Shown piece by piece: positions 1 to 15,602 of a DNA stretch of 64,000 nt. The notes under the pieces were generated by a model that was given only the letters and a program-made list of their open reading frames with translations, did not search any database and was not told the DNA's origin. This stretch comes from the human T2T-CHM13v2.0 reference genome, Homo sapiens. The translations under genes and the position numbers were made by a program. Position 1 is the stretch's first letter. Each line of letters opens with the position of its first letter. The DNA lies in NCBI RefSeq assembly GCF_009914755.1, contig NC_060932.1, one strand, 5' to 3'.

Positions 1-915
1 TTTGGGGATGATCAGGGAAAACGAAAGATCAGGTTCCTCTTCTTTTGGTTTTAGGTGTCCAAGGTGTTGGGACAATGATGAGTTTATCTAGGGAGAAGCA
101 TTTTCCAACCACATTGATCATGGGGGACAGTGGGGGACGTTCAAAGGTCATACCTCGTTTATTCCTCATTTATTCTGAGACAGGTCCACTCAGGCAGGGC
201 CTCAAGGACTATGGGATCAAATCCAAAGGCCCAGGAGGCCGAAGCCCTTTCAGATCAACTCCTGGATGGGGCCTTCAACTGCAGATTTGAGACGTGCAGG
301 AACAATGACAAAGTCAGAAGGGGCCTAATTCTAGGGGCTGCGGTAACCAAAAAGACTCTGCTTTATTTATTTATCTATTTATTTATTTTGGCCTCACCAG
401 GTCAAGAAAGGCTGTCTCCCTCTGTCCACTCTGTCTCTCACAGCAGACAACTAGACATCCAGAAACTCTCTCCAAGGTTATCACACTCAAGCATGAGAGA
501 CCCTCGGATAATCACACATACACAGGTAACACCCCCACTGGGTATCAAGACAACTTAGCACATTCCGAAGATGCCCTCAGTGCATCAAACATACAATGGG
601 ATTCCTCTGTACCCTCATTTTCTTTTTTATTTTTTGTTTAGAGACAGGGGTCTCCCTATGTTGCCCAGGTTGGTCTCAAACTCCTGGGCTCAATCAATCC
701 TCCCACCTGAGCCTCCTGAGTAGCTGGGACGGCAGGCGTGTGCCACCCAGCCATACCCTCGTTTCACTGAGCCGAATTCAGCTATACTCAAAGGGCCAAA
801 TGCTTTTCTTTTTCCATTTTAAAAACTTTAAATAATATAAAAGTGTATTTTGCCTATTGTATTTATTTGTATTTGTTTCTACAGGTTTTTTTGTTTCTTA
901 GTGTGGGAAAACTAG

Positions 916-1526
<611 letters not shown>

Positions 1527-2061
1527 ATGAAGATGTGACTCTGTTGAGCAGAGTTTCTTCTCCTTTGGTGCTTTTAGGTCTTGGGGGCACGTGTCTGTCT
1601 GTTAGGAACCAGCGGAAAATCAGCCCAGCTCGGATCAGAACAGGAAACCAGGACCCAGGCTGGTGGGTGCTAGGGCAGGGCCTTGTGGCTTCACAACCCG
1701 CCTCCCAGGGACAGGCTATCTGGTCAAAAGAACTCGCCCTCCTCACTGCTGGGTCCCTTAGCGGGCTTTCACGTGCCTGGCCTGGTCCCTCCTTCTTTAA
1801 ATGAAGAGTGGCCTAGATGATTGTCACACTCCTGTGTGACACTGGACAACACACATCACCTCTCTGGGCTTCCATTGCCTCTGAACAGTCTTCCACCTTC
1901 GACTGGAATCAGAGCCCCAAAAGCGAGATTCTAACAAGAGGTTACATTGTGTGAGATACTGACCTCCTCAGCATCTAGGGTGATGGGGTCCCCGGGTGGG
2001 TCACCTCTAGCTGGGAGATGCTTCCTCTTTCACAGCTCCATCTGTGCCTTAAAAATTAAAA

Positions 2062-2948
2062 GCTGGGAACCTATAATTCCAGCACTTTGAGAGGCTGAGG
2101 CAGGAGGATCACTTGAGCTCAAGAGTTCAAGATCAACCTGGGTAACACAGTGAGACCTCATCTCTTAAAAAAAAAAAAAAAAATGTAAAGGCTGGAAAAG
2201 ATGGGACTAGGTGATCTCCACTGTCCTTTCCATCTCACACCAGCCACCCCACGCCCAACACCCTCAGAATAGATGACAACGGGCAGATTACCCTTAACAG
2301 ATATTTCTCTAACCCAGTGACAGGGACCTCTGCATCAGAATCACTTAGAATGCTCATTAAAAATATGACTCCAGGCTGGGCGCGGTAGCTCATGCCTGTA
2401 ATCCCAGCACTTTGGGAGGCCAAGGCAGGCAGATCACTTGAGGTCAGGAGCTTGAGACTCACCTGGCCAACATGGTAAAATCCTGTCTCTATTAAAAATA
2501 CAAAAATTAGCCGGGCATGGTGGTCCACACCTGTGATTCCAGCTACTCAGGAGGCTGAGGTATGAGAATCGCTTGAACCCAGGAAGCGGAGGTTGCAGTG
2601 AGCCGAGATCACGCCGCTGTACTCCAGCTTGGGTGACAAAGTGACACTCTGTCTCAAAAGAAAAAAAGAAGAAAAAGAATCTGGCTTGCCGGGTACAGTG
2701 GTGTGCACCTATAGTCCCATCTACTTGGGGGGCTGAAGTGGGAGGATCACTTGAACCCAGGAGAGTGAGTCCAGCTTGAGCAATGTAGCAAGACTCTCAT
2801 CTCAAAAAATAAAATAAAATAAAATAAAATAAAATATATATATATTTATTTATTTGGGAGGCCGAGGCAGGTGGATCACCTGAGGTCAGGAGTTCGAGAT
2901 CAGCCTGGCCAACATGGTAAAACCCCGTCTCTACTAAAAACACAAATT
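2062..2948 (+). mobile_element. Cluster of sense Alu elements/monomers (2062-2183, 2374-2677, 2688-2835, 2855-2948)
   Basis: Alu consensus motifs and A-rich tails. Confidence 0.9.
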
Positions 2949-3172
2949 ATATATATATATATATATACACACATATATATGTATATATATATATATATAT
3001 ATGTGTATATATATACATATATATGTGTATATATATACATATATATGTGTATATATATACACATATATGTGTATATATATACATATATATGTGTATATAT
3101 ATACACATATATATGTGTATATATATACATATATATATGTGTATATATATGTATATATATACACACATATAT
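2948..3172. repeat. Interrupted (TA)n/(TG/CA) microsatellite, ~225 bp
   Basis: Alternating purine-pyrimidine run attached to a truncated Alu left-monomer fragment (2855-2948). Confidence 0.97.
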
Positions 3173-3978
3173 CTGGAACCTCCCACCCAGGAAGTGTAAG
3201 CACACCCAAGGTATGAGCAGATTAAAGAAATCCTGCAGAAGGGGGAACACATGCATAGAGTATGCTGGCAAGGTCACATATAGAAAATGGGTGGGGGGAC
3301 TTGAAAGCAGAGGTATAAATCCTATGTGCACCTTATTTGCTCAAGTCTACATGGACCAGCATCCAAACATTGAAATTTTCCTTTCAAATTCAATCCCCCA
3401 GAGTGTATGGTCTCAGGACCCTTCTTTCCCCCAAATCTTTTCTAGTGGGGATGCATGTATGCAGACAATGCAAAGTGCTACAAATCGCAACACCAAATGC
3501 ATCAAGAGGTAGATTATTAGTATGAGTCAGTTTCACACTAACTTTACCAAAAACCTCACTGCTCACATTAGCTCAAGTAATCTACTTACAACCACAATTA
3601 TAAATTCTGAGCTTCCTTGGCTGACGAGTTTGCAGTAGGTGGTTCTTGGCCCTGAGGGCTGCTGAGATGCCCGCCGTTATGAGATGCCCACTGAGAAAAC
3701 CACCGCCCTCTCCCAGCAGGGTCCAGCAGGAGCAGTGTCTGCTCTCGGCTACACAACTCCATTCATAGACTTTTCCAGTTACGTTTGAGGTTCACCCAAA
3801 GGAGGTAGTAAAAACAGGAGGTGGGCACTGAAGCTGGCCTGGTATGTTTGAATTCCAGCTCTGCTTTTTATCAGCCTTCAGGTTTTCTCAGTTTCCTCAT
3901 CTGTAAAACGGGAATAATATTACCTGCCTCACAGAGTTACCATGAAAGTAAGAAATAAAATATTCAAAGTATATGACA

Positions 3979-4791
<813 letters not shown>

Positions 4792-4810
4792 TCAACCTGC
4801 TGGCCTGTCA

Positions 4811-4930
4811 TTCATGGTGTCTGGTGACTCTCCCTGCCATCCCATTCCAAACCCCTCAGAAAAGCTTATCCAATTCCTGAGTGAAAAGAATGGGCCTAGA
4901 AGGGCTGAGTTTAAGTTAACCCAAAGAAAT
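4811..4930 (-). ncRNA. MIR5194: MIR5194 precursor hairpin (mature 4837-4858) in CYRIB intron 1
   Basis: Minus strand contains UGAGGGGUUUGGAAUGGGAUGG, which I recognise as miR-5194; arms pair (CCCAUUC/GAAUGGG, CUCAGGAA/UUUCUGAG). Confidence 0.85.
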
Positions 4931-5720
4931 AAACCCAAACTCCTTCATTCTCCAAGCTGCTCAGGCCTCAGGGACATGTGTGGGGTGACTGTGGGGCACA
5001 CACTATCATTCCCCATGTGGATCCATCACGGGGCCTAGCACACAGGAGGTGCACACTCAGTGACTGTTCTGTTGTTGAATGGCAGGATGAATCTCACTCC
5101 TCCCTCAAGACCTGAAAACTTGAGAGTTATGAAGGCATGTTTAGGAATGACTGTAAAATACCACTTTTCAGAAAACACAGAAATCTCCATTTGATTCTTT
5201 CATTTGCAAGCCTGTTTGATCTGTCTACACACTGGTTGGTCTCTCGTGTCCCAGAAGCAGAGGGCAAGACACAAAACCAGAGTTCAGGGGAGCAAAGCAG
5301 ACATTTTAGGAAGTTATTGCCCAAGTTTCACTTCCACGTCGTCTTCTGCATTCTACTTCAACTCTGGTTTTGAGCAAAGCTGGGGCTGGTGAAGAAACTT
5401 CCCTTAGTCTACATGTTCCTCTCCCTGAGTCCCAGCACTGAGGCTCTGTAGACCAGGGACTCAAATTACTGAGCACTCACTGATGCTAGACCCTATGTCA
5501 GGCATATTCAGACATCTTCTGACCTAAGAGCCACAACAAGCTGGAAAACAGACACTGAGATGCCAAGAGAGGTTATGCAATGTGCAAAAGACTTCACAGT
5601 CAGGGAGTCGGGTCTGAATCAAAGATCTCCTTGGCTCCAAGGTCCTTGCTTCTCAACCTGCCACTGTCCTTTTTCAAAGGCGCCAACCACTAACATGGCA
5701 AAGTGTTTCATTTTTCATAA

Positions 5721-6198
<478 letters not shown>

Positions 6199-7702
6199 TA
6201 GATGCTTTGATACACATTATCCCACTCAATCCTCCAAACATTCCAGGGAAGCAGGTGATAGTAGCCCAGCTTCATCAATGACAATTCTGGTTCTGCAGTG
6301 GGATGTGATTTGCCCAAGGTCATGCAGCGCTGAGAAGCAGGCCCAGGGCTCCATCAGCCCTGCCATGCAATAGGCTTTGTTGAGTGAGCACTGGATGTAA
6401 ATTCCAAAGAGCTTAAAGCGGCCAGACAGAGCCAGTGACAGGAGACTCTATTAGGCAGATGAGGAAAGAATGGAGCTTTTCTTCCTCCTACCGCCCAAGC
6501 CTTTCCCATCCTTAACTCCTCTGCACAACGGGGCCCTCACTGTCCTTCCCCCACCTTCTTATCAAAGGATGCTGGTGCTGGGAGGGGGAAAAGACAGAAA
6601 GAGGATTAGTCTCTGGCATGGTTTATGTTGATTTCAAAGCTGTCACTTTTCCCACATTGGGCCTTCTTTTTCACTGTGGATTTAAGTGCCTAGTCCCCTG
6701 ATGAAGGAAGGTCAAGGGCAGAGGTACATTTTGAACTAGAGAAAGTCCTCAGCATCCTCCTGCTCTCACAGCCTTACTGCTAAACACAGCAGTGGATGCA
6801 GAGGGTGGCACTGTGGAGCGGTGAGCAAAAACCAGGCTCAGGAGCCAGAGGCCTAGGTTCCAGTCCTGACTGTGCCTCTTGGTCAAGATGCTTCCCCCCA
6901 GGAGGTCCCAGTTCCCTTGTGTGTTAAAATTAGAGTACTGGATGCTTAGGCCTGAAACTCTGAGTATGGGGTTTCTGCTCAGTCCTTCAGCTCACACTGC
7001 CTCTCCTCCCCCGCTCCCTGAAGGCAGCCCCATCTCAATGGCTCACAGCATCTAGGCCCTCCTGGGCTTATTCAGCACCTGCTGGCAGACAGAGGTGGTC
7101 TCTCTCCCACCCCTTCCTGCTCCCACTGTCACCTGTCCTGAGGTCCATCCTAGGCCTTTGTCACTTTGTCATATGTGTGTTTTCGCATGCATGCCTCCTC
7201 CTCTAAGCTAACTTGGAAACCTCCAGGGTCATGTAGAGATTTGCACCATCAGCATCAGCCTGGCTCCTGAATGAATGAAGGGGAGAGGGTCAGGTTGGAT
7301 GATCTCCTGGCCCACTGCACTCAAAGTATGGTCTACAATCCAGAGGCATCGCATCATGTGCAAAAGTGTTCAAAATGCAGCATCTCACCCTGCCCCAGCC
7401 CCTGCTCAGAACCTCCGAGGCAATCCCCACGTGATGCGCAGCACACTCAAGTTTGGAAAGTTCTCTTCCAACTCCTCCCTCCCTTGCTTCTACCACCTAG
7501 AAGCCTCCGGAACTATGGCCTTAGCAGGTCTCACTAAAACATAGCCCATCATTAACCAAAAGAGATCTGCCTTAGGAACCTTCTAGAAGCCCGCCACTGA
7601 CTCTCACAAGCAGAATCTGAAATGTGTGCTCCCCGGGGGGACTCCTGGCACACATTACTCAGTGGCCCTCTCTGACCCTCAAGGAAGCCCAGGAAGCTTT
7701 CA

Positions 7703-8443
<741 letters not shown>

Positions 8444-10634
8444 CTACTCTTGACATTTATTCAGCTTGTAAAGAAAAGGATCCTTTCCAAAACACGTCTT
8501 CAGTTTTTTAATAAACCCCGCAATTCCTTTAATGATTTCAGATTATCTTAAATATTTATAAAAATCACTCTCAGCAACACTTCTTTAAGCAAACCTCCTC
8601 ATCAACTTCGATTATTTATATATTTATGAACACGATGTTCAAGGAGCAGATGGCAGCTAGTAAGTCCTCCAAAAGAAGGAAAAAAAAAATCAATGGGACA
8701 GAATGTAAGCTCCATGACTCGTCCATGTACTCTTCTCGACAAGCTCTGGTACAATTATCTTTCCATTCAGCGGAAGCGCCACACAAAAGTCCACAATTGG
8801 TTTAAAATAGCACACTTGGACTTCATAAAGCTTGGAGGCTCCAAGTTTAATCCAGGAATGACCTGCCAGCCAAGGGCTCTATTCCCAAAGGAAACTGAAG
8901 CTCTGTCAGGGGAGGGTAAGACATTGGATGCGGGGACAGATGATGGGACCAGGGGAGGGATAGAAAGAGCACCAGGGGCTGAGGGAAGAAACAGACATTG
9001 CTGAGCACCTACTAGGTGCCATGCTCTCTGCTGGGCACTTTCCATACAACCTCTGGGTTGATCGTCACAGCAACACTTCCAGGTGGCGACTGTTAGTCCT
9101 CATTTGAAAGACGAAGAGAAAGACAAAGAGAAAGGAAGTATCTTGGCCAAGGGCACAGAGCTAGTGAGTGGCAGAGCCAGGATGTGAACCCAGGCTGTAG
9201 GGCCCCAAAACCTTCACTGCCTCTAGAAAGAGAAAAGGAGGAGAGGAAAAAAAAAATATTGCTCTTAACCTCATGCATCCTAGGCTAACAAAGTTGCCTT
9301 TCTTTCAGCCTGGTGAGGCCAATCACCCATTTTAAGACTATCAAAGACTTAATTGCCAAAGTTCTACTGAAGCAAAAGGACCTGATCCATCTGAGAGCCC
9401 AGAGAAGGATGAAAAACAAGATTACAAGGCGTCCGTCTTCAACAGGCCTTTATCAAGTATCCCCTTTAGGGAAGAGAAAAAAAATCAATCCTTCACTCCT
9501 CCCACCCGAATTTCCTTCTTTCAAGAAGCTCCAATTCAAGCTAAAACAGAGAGATGAATCTGGCCTTTGAGACGCCTATACGCTTGCTGAGCAAACAGTG
9601 ATTATTACTGTTGTTGATGATGATAACAATAATCATGGATGGTGATCACTATTATACGGGGTGTGCAATGGGAACAGGGGCCTATGCTAAGGACTTTGCT
9701 TATGCTACTGCCAGGAGCAACACATCCCCGTGACACATGCGCCCATTTTACAGATGAGAACACTGAGGCTCCAAGAAGGCAACAAACTTGGTTCCATGCA
9801 CACGAGCAGTGAGAAAGAAAACCAAGGCATGAATTTGGATCTTACTCTCTTACTCAGGAGCCCTGGGAGACCAACGGGGATTCTTTTGCCTGTTTAGAGA
9901 TGAGGAAAAGAGGGGGCCGAGAGTGTAGTGACCTCTAGAAGGCTGCACAGCCAAGAGATAGTGAAGGTGTGTCTGATAAAATTCATACTTAAAATCTGAA
10001 TTTTCAGCTATACAACACTTCCTTTACAATGCTCAGTGGTGGACGATTTCGCTGAAGACAGCCAAGTCCCAGACCGCCAAAGCCACATGAATCGTGGTCT
10101 CTTCAATTAACGAGATGGCAGTAATGCTGAGCACGGGTGAGGCCACAACCTCCTGGCACCCGCGTCCCTCGGGCGTCCTTCCTGTTCTTCCTGTGCATGG
10201 GTCTCTGGATCCTGATATAAGAGCTGTCAGGGACCAGGATTCCACATAGGGAGGAACCACGGGACAACCATTTCAAGGTCAACTGCAGGCCAGTGCGCTG
10301 ACCTTGAGATGGAAAAAGAATGTACATCCTCAAAGAGCAAAGGGGAACCCATCATTCTTCTGCCCATTCTGTCAAAAGACACGTACTGTTTCCTGCATGG
10401 GCCAGGCAGCAGGTCAGGTGCCAGAGGAAGCACAAAGACCACTCAGCGTCTGCAAGAAGAAAAGTGAGCTCTGCAGGCTGAAGACTTAGGCGAGGACCCT
10501 CAATCTGCCCCTTCCTGACTGAAGGTCTTGGGCCAAGTCCTGCACTCTCTCTAAGTCTCAGGAAAACGAGAACCCTAGCTCTCCTTTACAGGTAACCCTG
10601 GCCACTCCACAGTTCAGTCATTAAAAATGAATCT

Positions 10635-10923
10635 GGGCCGGGCACAGTGGCTCACACCTGTAATCCCAGCACTTTGGGAGGCTAAGGCAGGGAGGATCCC
10701 TTGAGCCCAGGAGTTCGGGCAACATGGAGAGACCCCATCTCTACAAAACATTAAAAAATTAGTTGGGCATGGTGGTGCACACCCGTGGTCCCAGCTACTT
10801 GGGAGGCTGAGGTAGGAGGATGGCTTGAGCCTGAGAGGTCAAGGTTGCAGTAAGACATGATCACGCTACTTCTGCACTACTTCAACCTCAGCAATGCGTG
10901 AGACCCTGTCAAAACACAAACAA
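10635..10923 (+). mobile_element. AluJ-like
   Basis: GGAGGATCCCTTGAGCCCAGGAGTTC diagnostic. Confidence 0.9.
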
Positions 10924-11826
10924 AATGAATCTGCACATGCTCAAACTGCAGCACGCTGCTGCACAGAAGGGTCTGCACTGTCTCTTAAAAATAATAGTAG
11001 CACTTACGGGGGTCGGGAGTTGGGGGACCCACATAGCTAAGGATCCTAAGAGAGGCACACAGAAGACTTTGGGAGCTGAGAAAGGAGAAGGGGTGGCTGT
11101 CAGAGACAGCAAAATTACTTGAAAATCTCCCAAAGTGAAGGGCAGAAACATATATTGGCCTTTATCTGAAAACCATTTCCAAGTCTCCCTGTGCTGGAAC
11201 CCACTTCAGCCTCCTGCATCACACACTCTGCCCTTCTCCGTGCTGTGAGCCCAGCAAGGATCTAGAGTGCAAATTCCAATGTGCCTCCTCAGGAAGAAAA
11301 CTCAGGCCAGCTGACCACTTCTGCATGCCGACCAAGGTAGAAAAGTCACCTCTTCCGGGCTTCCCCCACATTACAGGAACCCCAGGCCTGGGAAACCATC
11401 CCAGACGTCAGCCCTGGCTCAGTCTTGGCTGTTGGCCTCAGCCAGTCACCTGGCGGTGGCAATCAAAATGACGCCTTCTTTTTATTTTTCCCCCAGTGCA
11501 ATCTTCCAAGAATGGGAGAGTCTCAAAGTCAGAGTTTAAGCCCTTTTTCACAAGGGAGTCAGTATTTTCGCAAGATGGTCTTCCTCAGAGAGGGGAGGAG
11601 TCCATCCAACCCAGATAGCAAAATTGCTCCCTGGGGATCCTGGATGGATGTTACAGGGCAAGGAAGCCAAAATGTGGAAGCACACCGACTCACCTCTCAA
11701 AATTCACCACCCACTCGTTCATCTCACAATTATCTATGGGGTGCTTCCCACGTGCTTCAACGCACCCTTTCTAGGTGCTGGGGATGCAGAAATTCAAGGT
11801 GACTGGCAATGACACTTTCTATCACT

Positions 11827-11843
11827 GCGCCCCCTGCAGGCCA
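11827..11843 (-). promoter_or_regulatory. Predicted CTCF site
   Basis: Minus strand TGGCCTGCAGGGGGCGC, near consensus TGGCCASCAGGGGGCGC. Confidence 0.7.
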
Positions 11844-12847
11844 GGAAATCTACGCTCGTTTTCTCAAGGCCCCACTCGCAGCAGCCCATTTCACAGACGG
11901 GACCCTAAGACTCAGAGAGGGTAAGCGACTTGCCCAAGGTCACACAGCTAGTAAGCGGCAGGGCCAGGAATTAAACATAGCTGCAAAGTGCATGTGACAC
12001 TCCCCCGCAGCCCCAGCTCTATCCCTCCGCACCCCTCCACCTCTTGCAGCAGGGTGGGTAGCAAAGGCACACCCCAAGTAGCTCCAGCATGGTAAGACCT
12101 CGATTCCTCCTTCGTTCCACTCCTGACACAGGACACACGTTTCAAAGGACACACAGGTTTTTCCCAACCCCAGTGTGTGTGTACACAGCCCCAGGAAAGC
12201 CCTGCAGGCTGCAAGGGCACCCACCCGCTAACACTGAACTTCCATTTAAAAAGAAAGATAATGAAAAGATAAAAGGCGAAGAGGAAGTGCTCTTTAAACA
12301 CAGGCGGGTGGCTACCCCAGGAGGAAGTCTTGAGGCCAGTGGAGATTTTGTTCACCCCCTCTAGTTCCTCAAATCCAATGCGACTGGTCTTCCAAGCCCC
12401 TGATGGGAGGTGGCCGGGGGCCAGCGCTGCTCCCGGGGTCAGTCCCCGCACCGACACCCGGCTCGCAGGAAGGGTCTGCCAGGGACCAGCCACCCCGACC
12501 CGAGCGCCCCCTGCCTCGAGGCGCACAAGGCGCCGGCTCCGCAGCTGGGTGGACCCGGGCGGCGGCCCCGCTGCGCGCTCCCCTCGCGTCCGCCCGCCGA
12601 CCCCCGCGCACTCGAGGCGCCTCCCCCGGGACCCCCGCGCCCGCCGGCCCGGACGCCCCCACCACGGCGGCGCCCCCTGTCCACCCGCCGCAGCGCCCGG
12701 CCCGGCGGCCCGGATGGTACCTCCGCCTCTCCCCGCACCCATCACGCGCGCGCCCCGCACCCCGCGCCCTCTCCGGGGGCAAATCGGATCCAGGGGCGCG
12801 CGCGCGGGCCGGCCGGGCGGCGGCGCCTTCAGAGCCCCGGCACGTAC

Positions 12848-13036
12848 CTGGCGGCCCGGGCGGGCGAGGGGAGCGCGGCGCGGGAGCGCAGGAGCCTCGG
12901 AGCCTCCGGTGCCGCCGCCGCCGCCGTTTCCGGGTTGGCGGGGCTCACGTCACCGCCACAGGTTTGCGAGCTGCCCCCGCCGCGGCGGCAGCAGCAGCAG
13001 CAGCAGCAGCCCGGGCGAGTGCCAGGCGAGAAATAA
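12848..13036 (-). other. CYRIB: CYRIB non-coding 5' exon (alternative first or internal)
   Basis: Strong donor CAG|GTACGT at 12848/12847; possible acceptor CTCTTCCTTTTATAG| at 13037/13036; no ATG on minus strand; 5' boundary uncertain. Confidence 0.6.
12989..13009. repeat. (CAG)7 / (CTG)7 trinucleotide repeat
   Basis: Seven perfect CAG units preceded by CGGCGG; (GCC)5 at 12911-12925 nearby. Confidence 0.95.
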
Positions 13037-13084
13037 CTATAAAAGGAAGAGGCGCGGCGAGGAGGAAGAGGAAGCGCTGTTTAC

Positions 13085-13130
13085 CTTCGAGAAGCCGAGC
13101 CGCCGGCGCTCGCACAAAAGGAGGACGCTC
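13085..13130 (-). other. CYRIB: CYRIB short alternative first exon
   Basis: Donor AAG|GTAAAC at 13085/13084 in the island core; 5' end approximate. Confidence 0.55.
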
Positions 13131-14209
13131 GCCTCGCGACGCGCCTCCCCCCGCGCCCAGTCCCCGCCGCATCGCGGGGCCCCGGCGTCAGCGCGCGCCG
13201 CGCCCCGGGACCGCCCCGCGCCGGCCCCCACCCCAGAACCCCGCGCCCGCCTGGCCCGTGTCCTCCCGAGCCGGGGCGCCACGGGCCCGGGACGGTGGTG
13301 ACCTTGGGCAAGTCACCGCGGGGCGCGCTGCGATTGGGGGTCATCGCCCTCATTGTGCGAGGAGGAAACCCGGCTCCGAGAGGCGCAAGAGTGACCCCCA
13401 AGGTCACTGCCTGTCAGGCAGGGCTTGGGCTCGAACCCCGGTCTCCAGACCTTCAGGCCGGCCAGGTTCCCATCCCTGGGTCGCTTCCCCCTCACCTGGA
13501 CTTCAGGAATGGTGACAGCCCCTGCCTGGCTCACCTCGCAGCGGGGTCAGTGAGAGGAATGCTGTCCACGCACCCATTCAGCCCTCCCGCAGATACTTAC
13601 TGGGCCTACTAAGTGCCCGGGCTGTTCTAGGCCCTGGAGCTGCAGCTGCGAACCAAAACAAAATCCCTGCCCGGGAGGGGCAGCGGGGACAGGCCGTAAA
13701 TATCTGATGGGTCCTATGGTGCTAAGTGCTGTGCCAGAGGAAAAATAAAGCGGGGTGAGGGGACGGTGCGGGCTGTCGGTGCTACCCTAAGCGGTTCTCC
13801 AAGGACTTTAAATTTAGTACAGAAATTCCCACATAAAAAGCTCCTCGCCATAAATCCAGTTTCAGGTATTATGGGAGACCTCATCTTTCCCCTGATCTAG
13901 AATGGAAAATACTGTGTTTTTCTCCCTGTAACAGGACATGCCTAGGAAACTGATACTCTCCTTCCCTCTGCCTTGCTCCCCTGGCCCAGAAGCCCATCCT
14001 ATCATTATCTTGACATTCAACCAGAAATTTCTCGGGAAGATAGACAACATTCTCTCAAGTATCTTTCTGCTGTCCTCTAGCAGGGTATCAAAAGGGTTAC
14101 ATCAAAGGCTTCCATTGTCTTTCCACCTCCACCTCCAGCTATAGGGGGTTTGGAGTGTGCTCACATCATACTCAGTGCTGAGTTACCTGATTAGGAGCCA
14201 GTTGTTCCA

Positions 14210-15602
<1,393 letters not shown>

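Larger units (their letters stand above)
12400..13460. promoter_or_regulatory. CYRIB: CpG island promoter of CYRIB (FAM49B)
   Basis: About 1 kb extremely GC/CpG-rich; GC boxes, CCAAT (ATTGG 13333-13337), TGACGTGA (12945-12952, minus). Gene identity from known synteny (next gene 3' of ASAP1, host of MIR5194), not from coding sequence in the window. Confidence 0.88.

Noticed and set aside
1-600. Possible degraded ERV internal sequence (also ~895-1110 and 3173-3790)
   Set aside because: Looks retroviral in style but I cannot assign a family or boundaries without a Dfam search.
2871-3512. YI/IY-repeat ORFs
   Set aside because: Translations of the TA/TG microsatellite.
11948-13612. Long Arg/Pro/Ala-rich ORFs on both strands
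   Set aside because: Typical stop-poor CpG-island artefacts; no recognisable domain; CYRIB coding exons lie outside the window.
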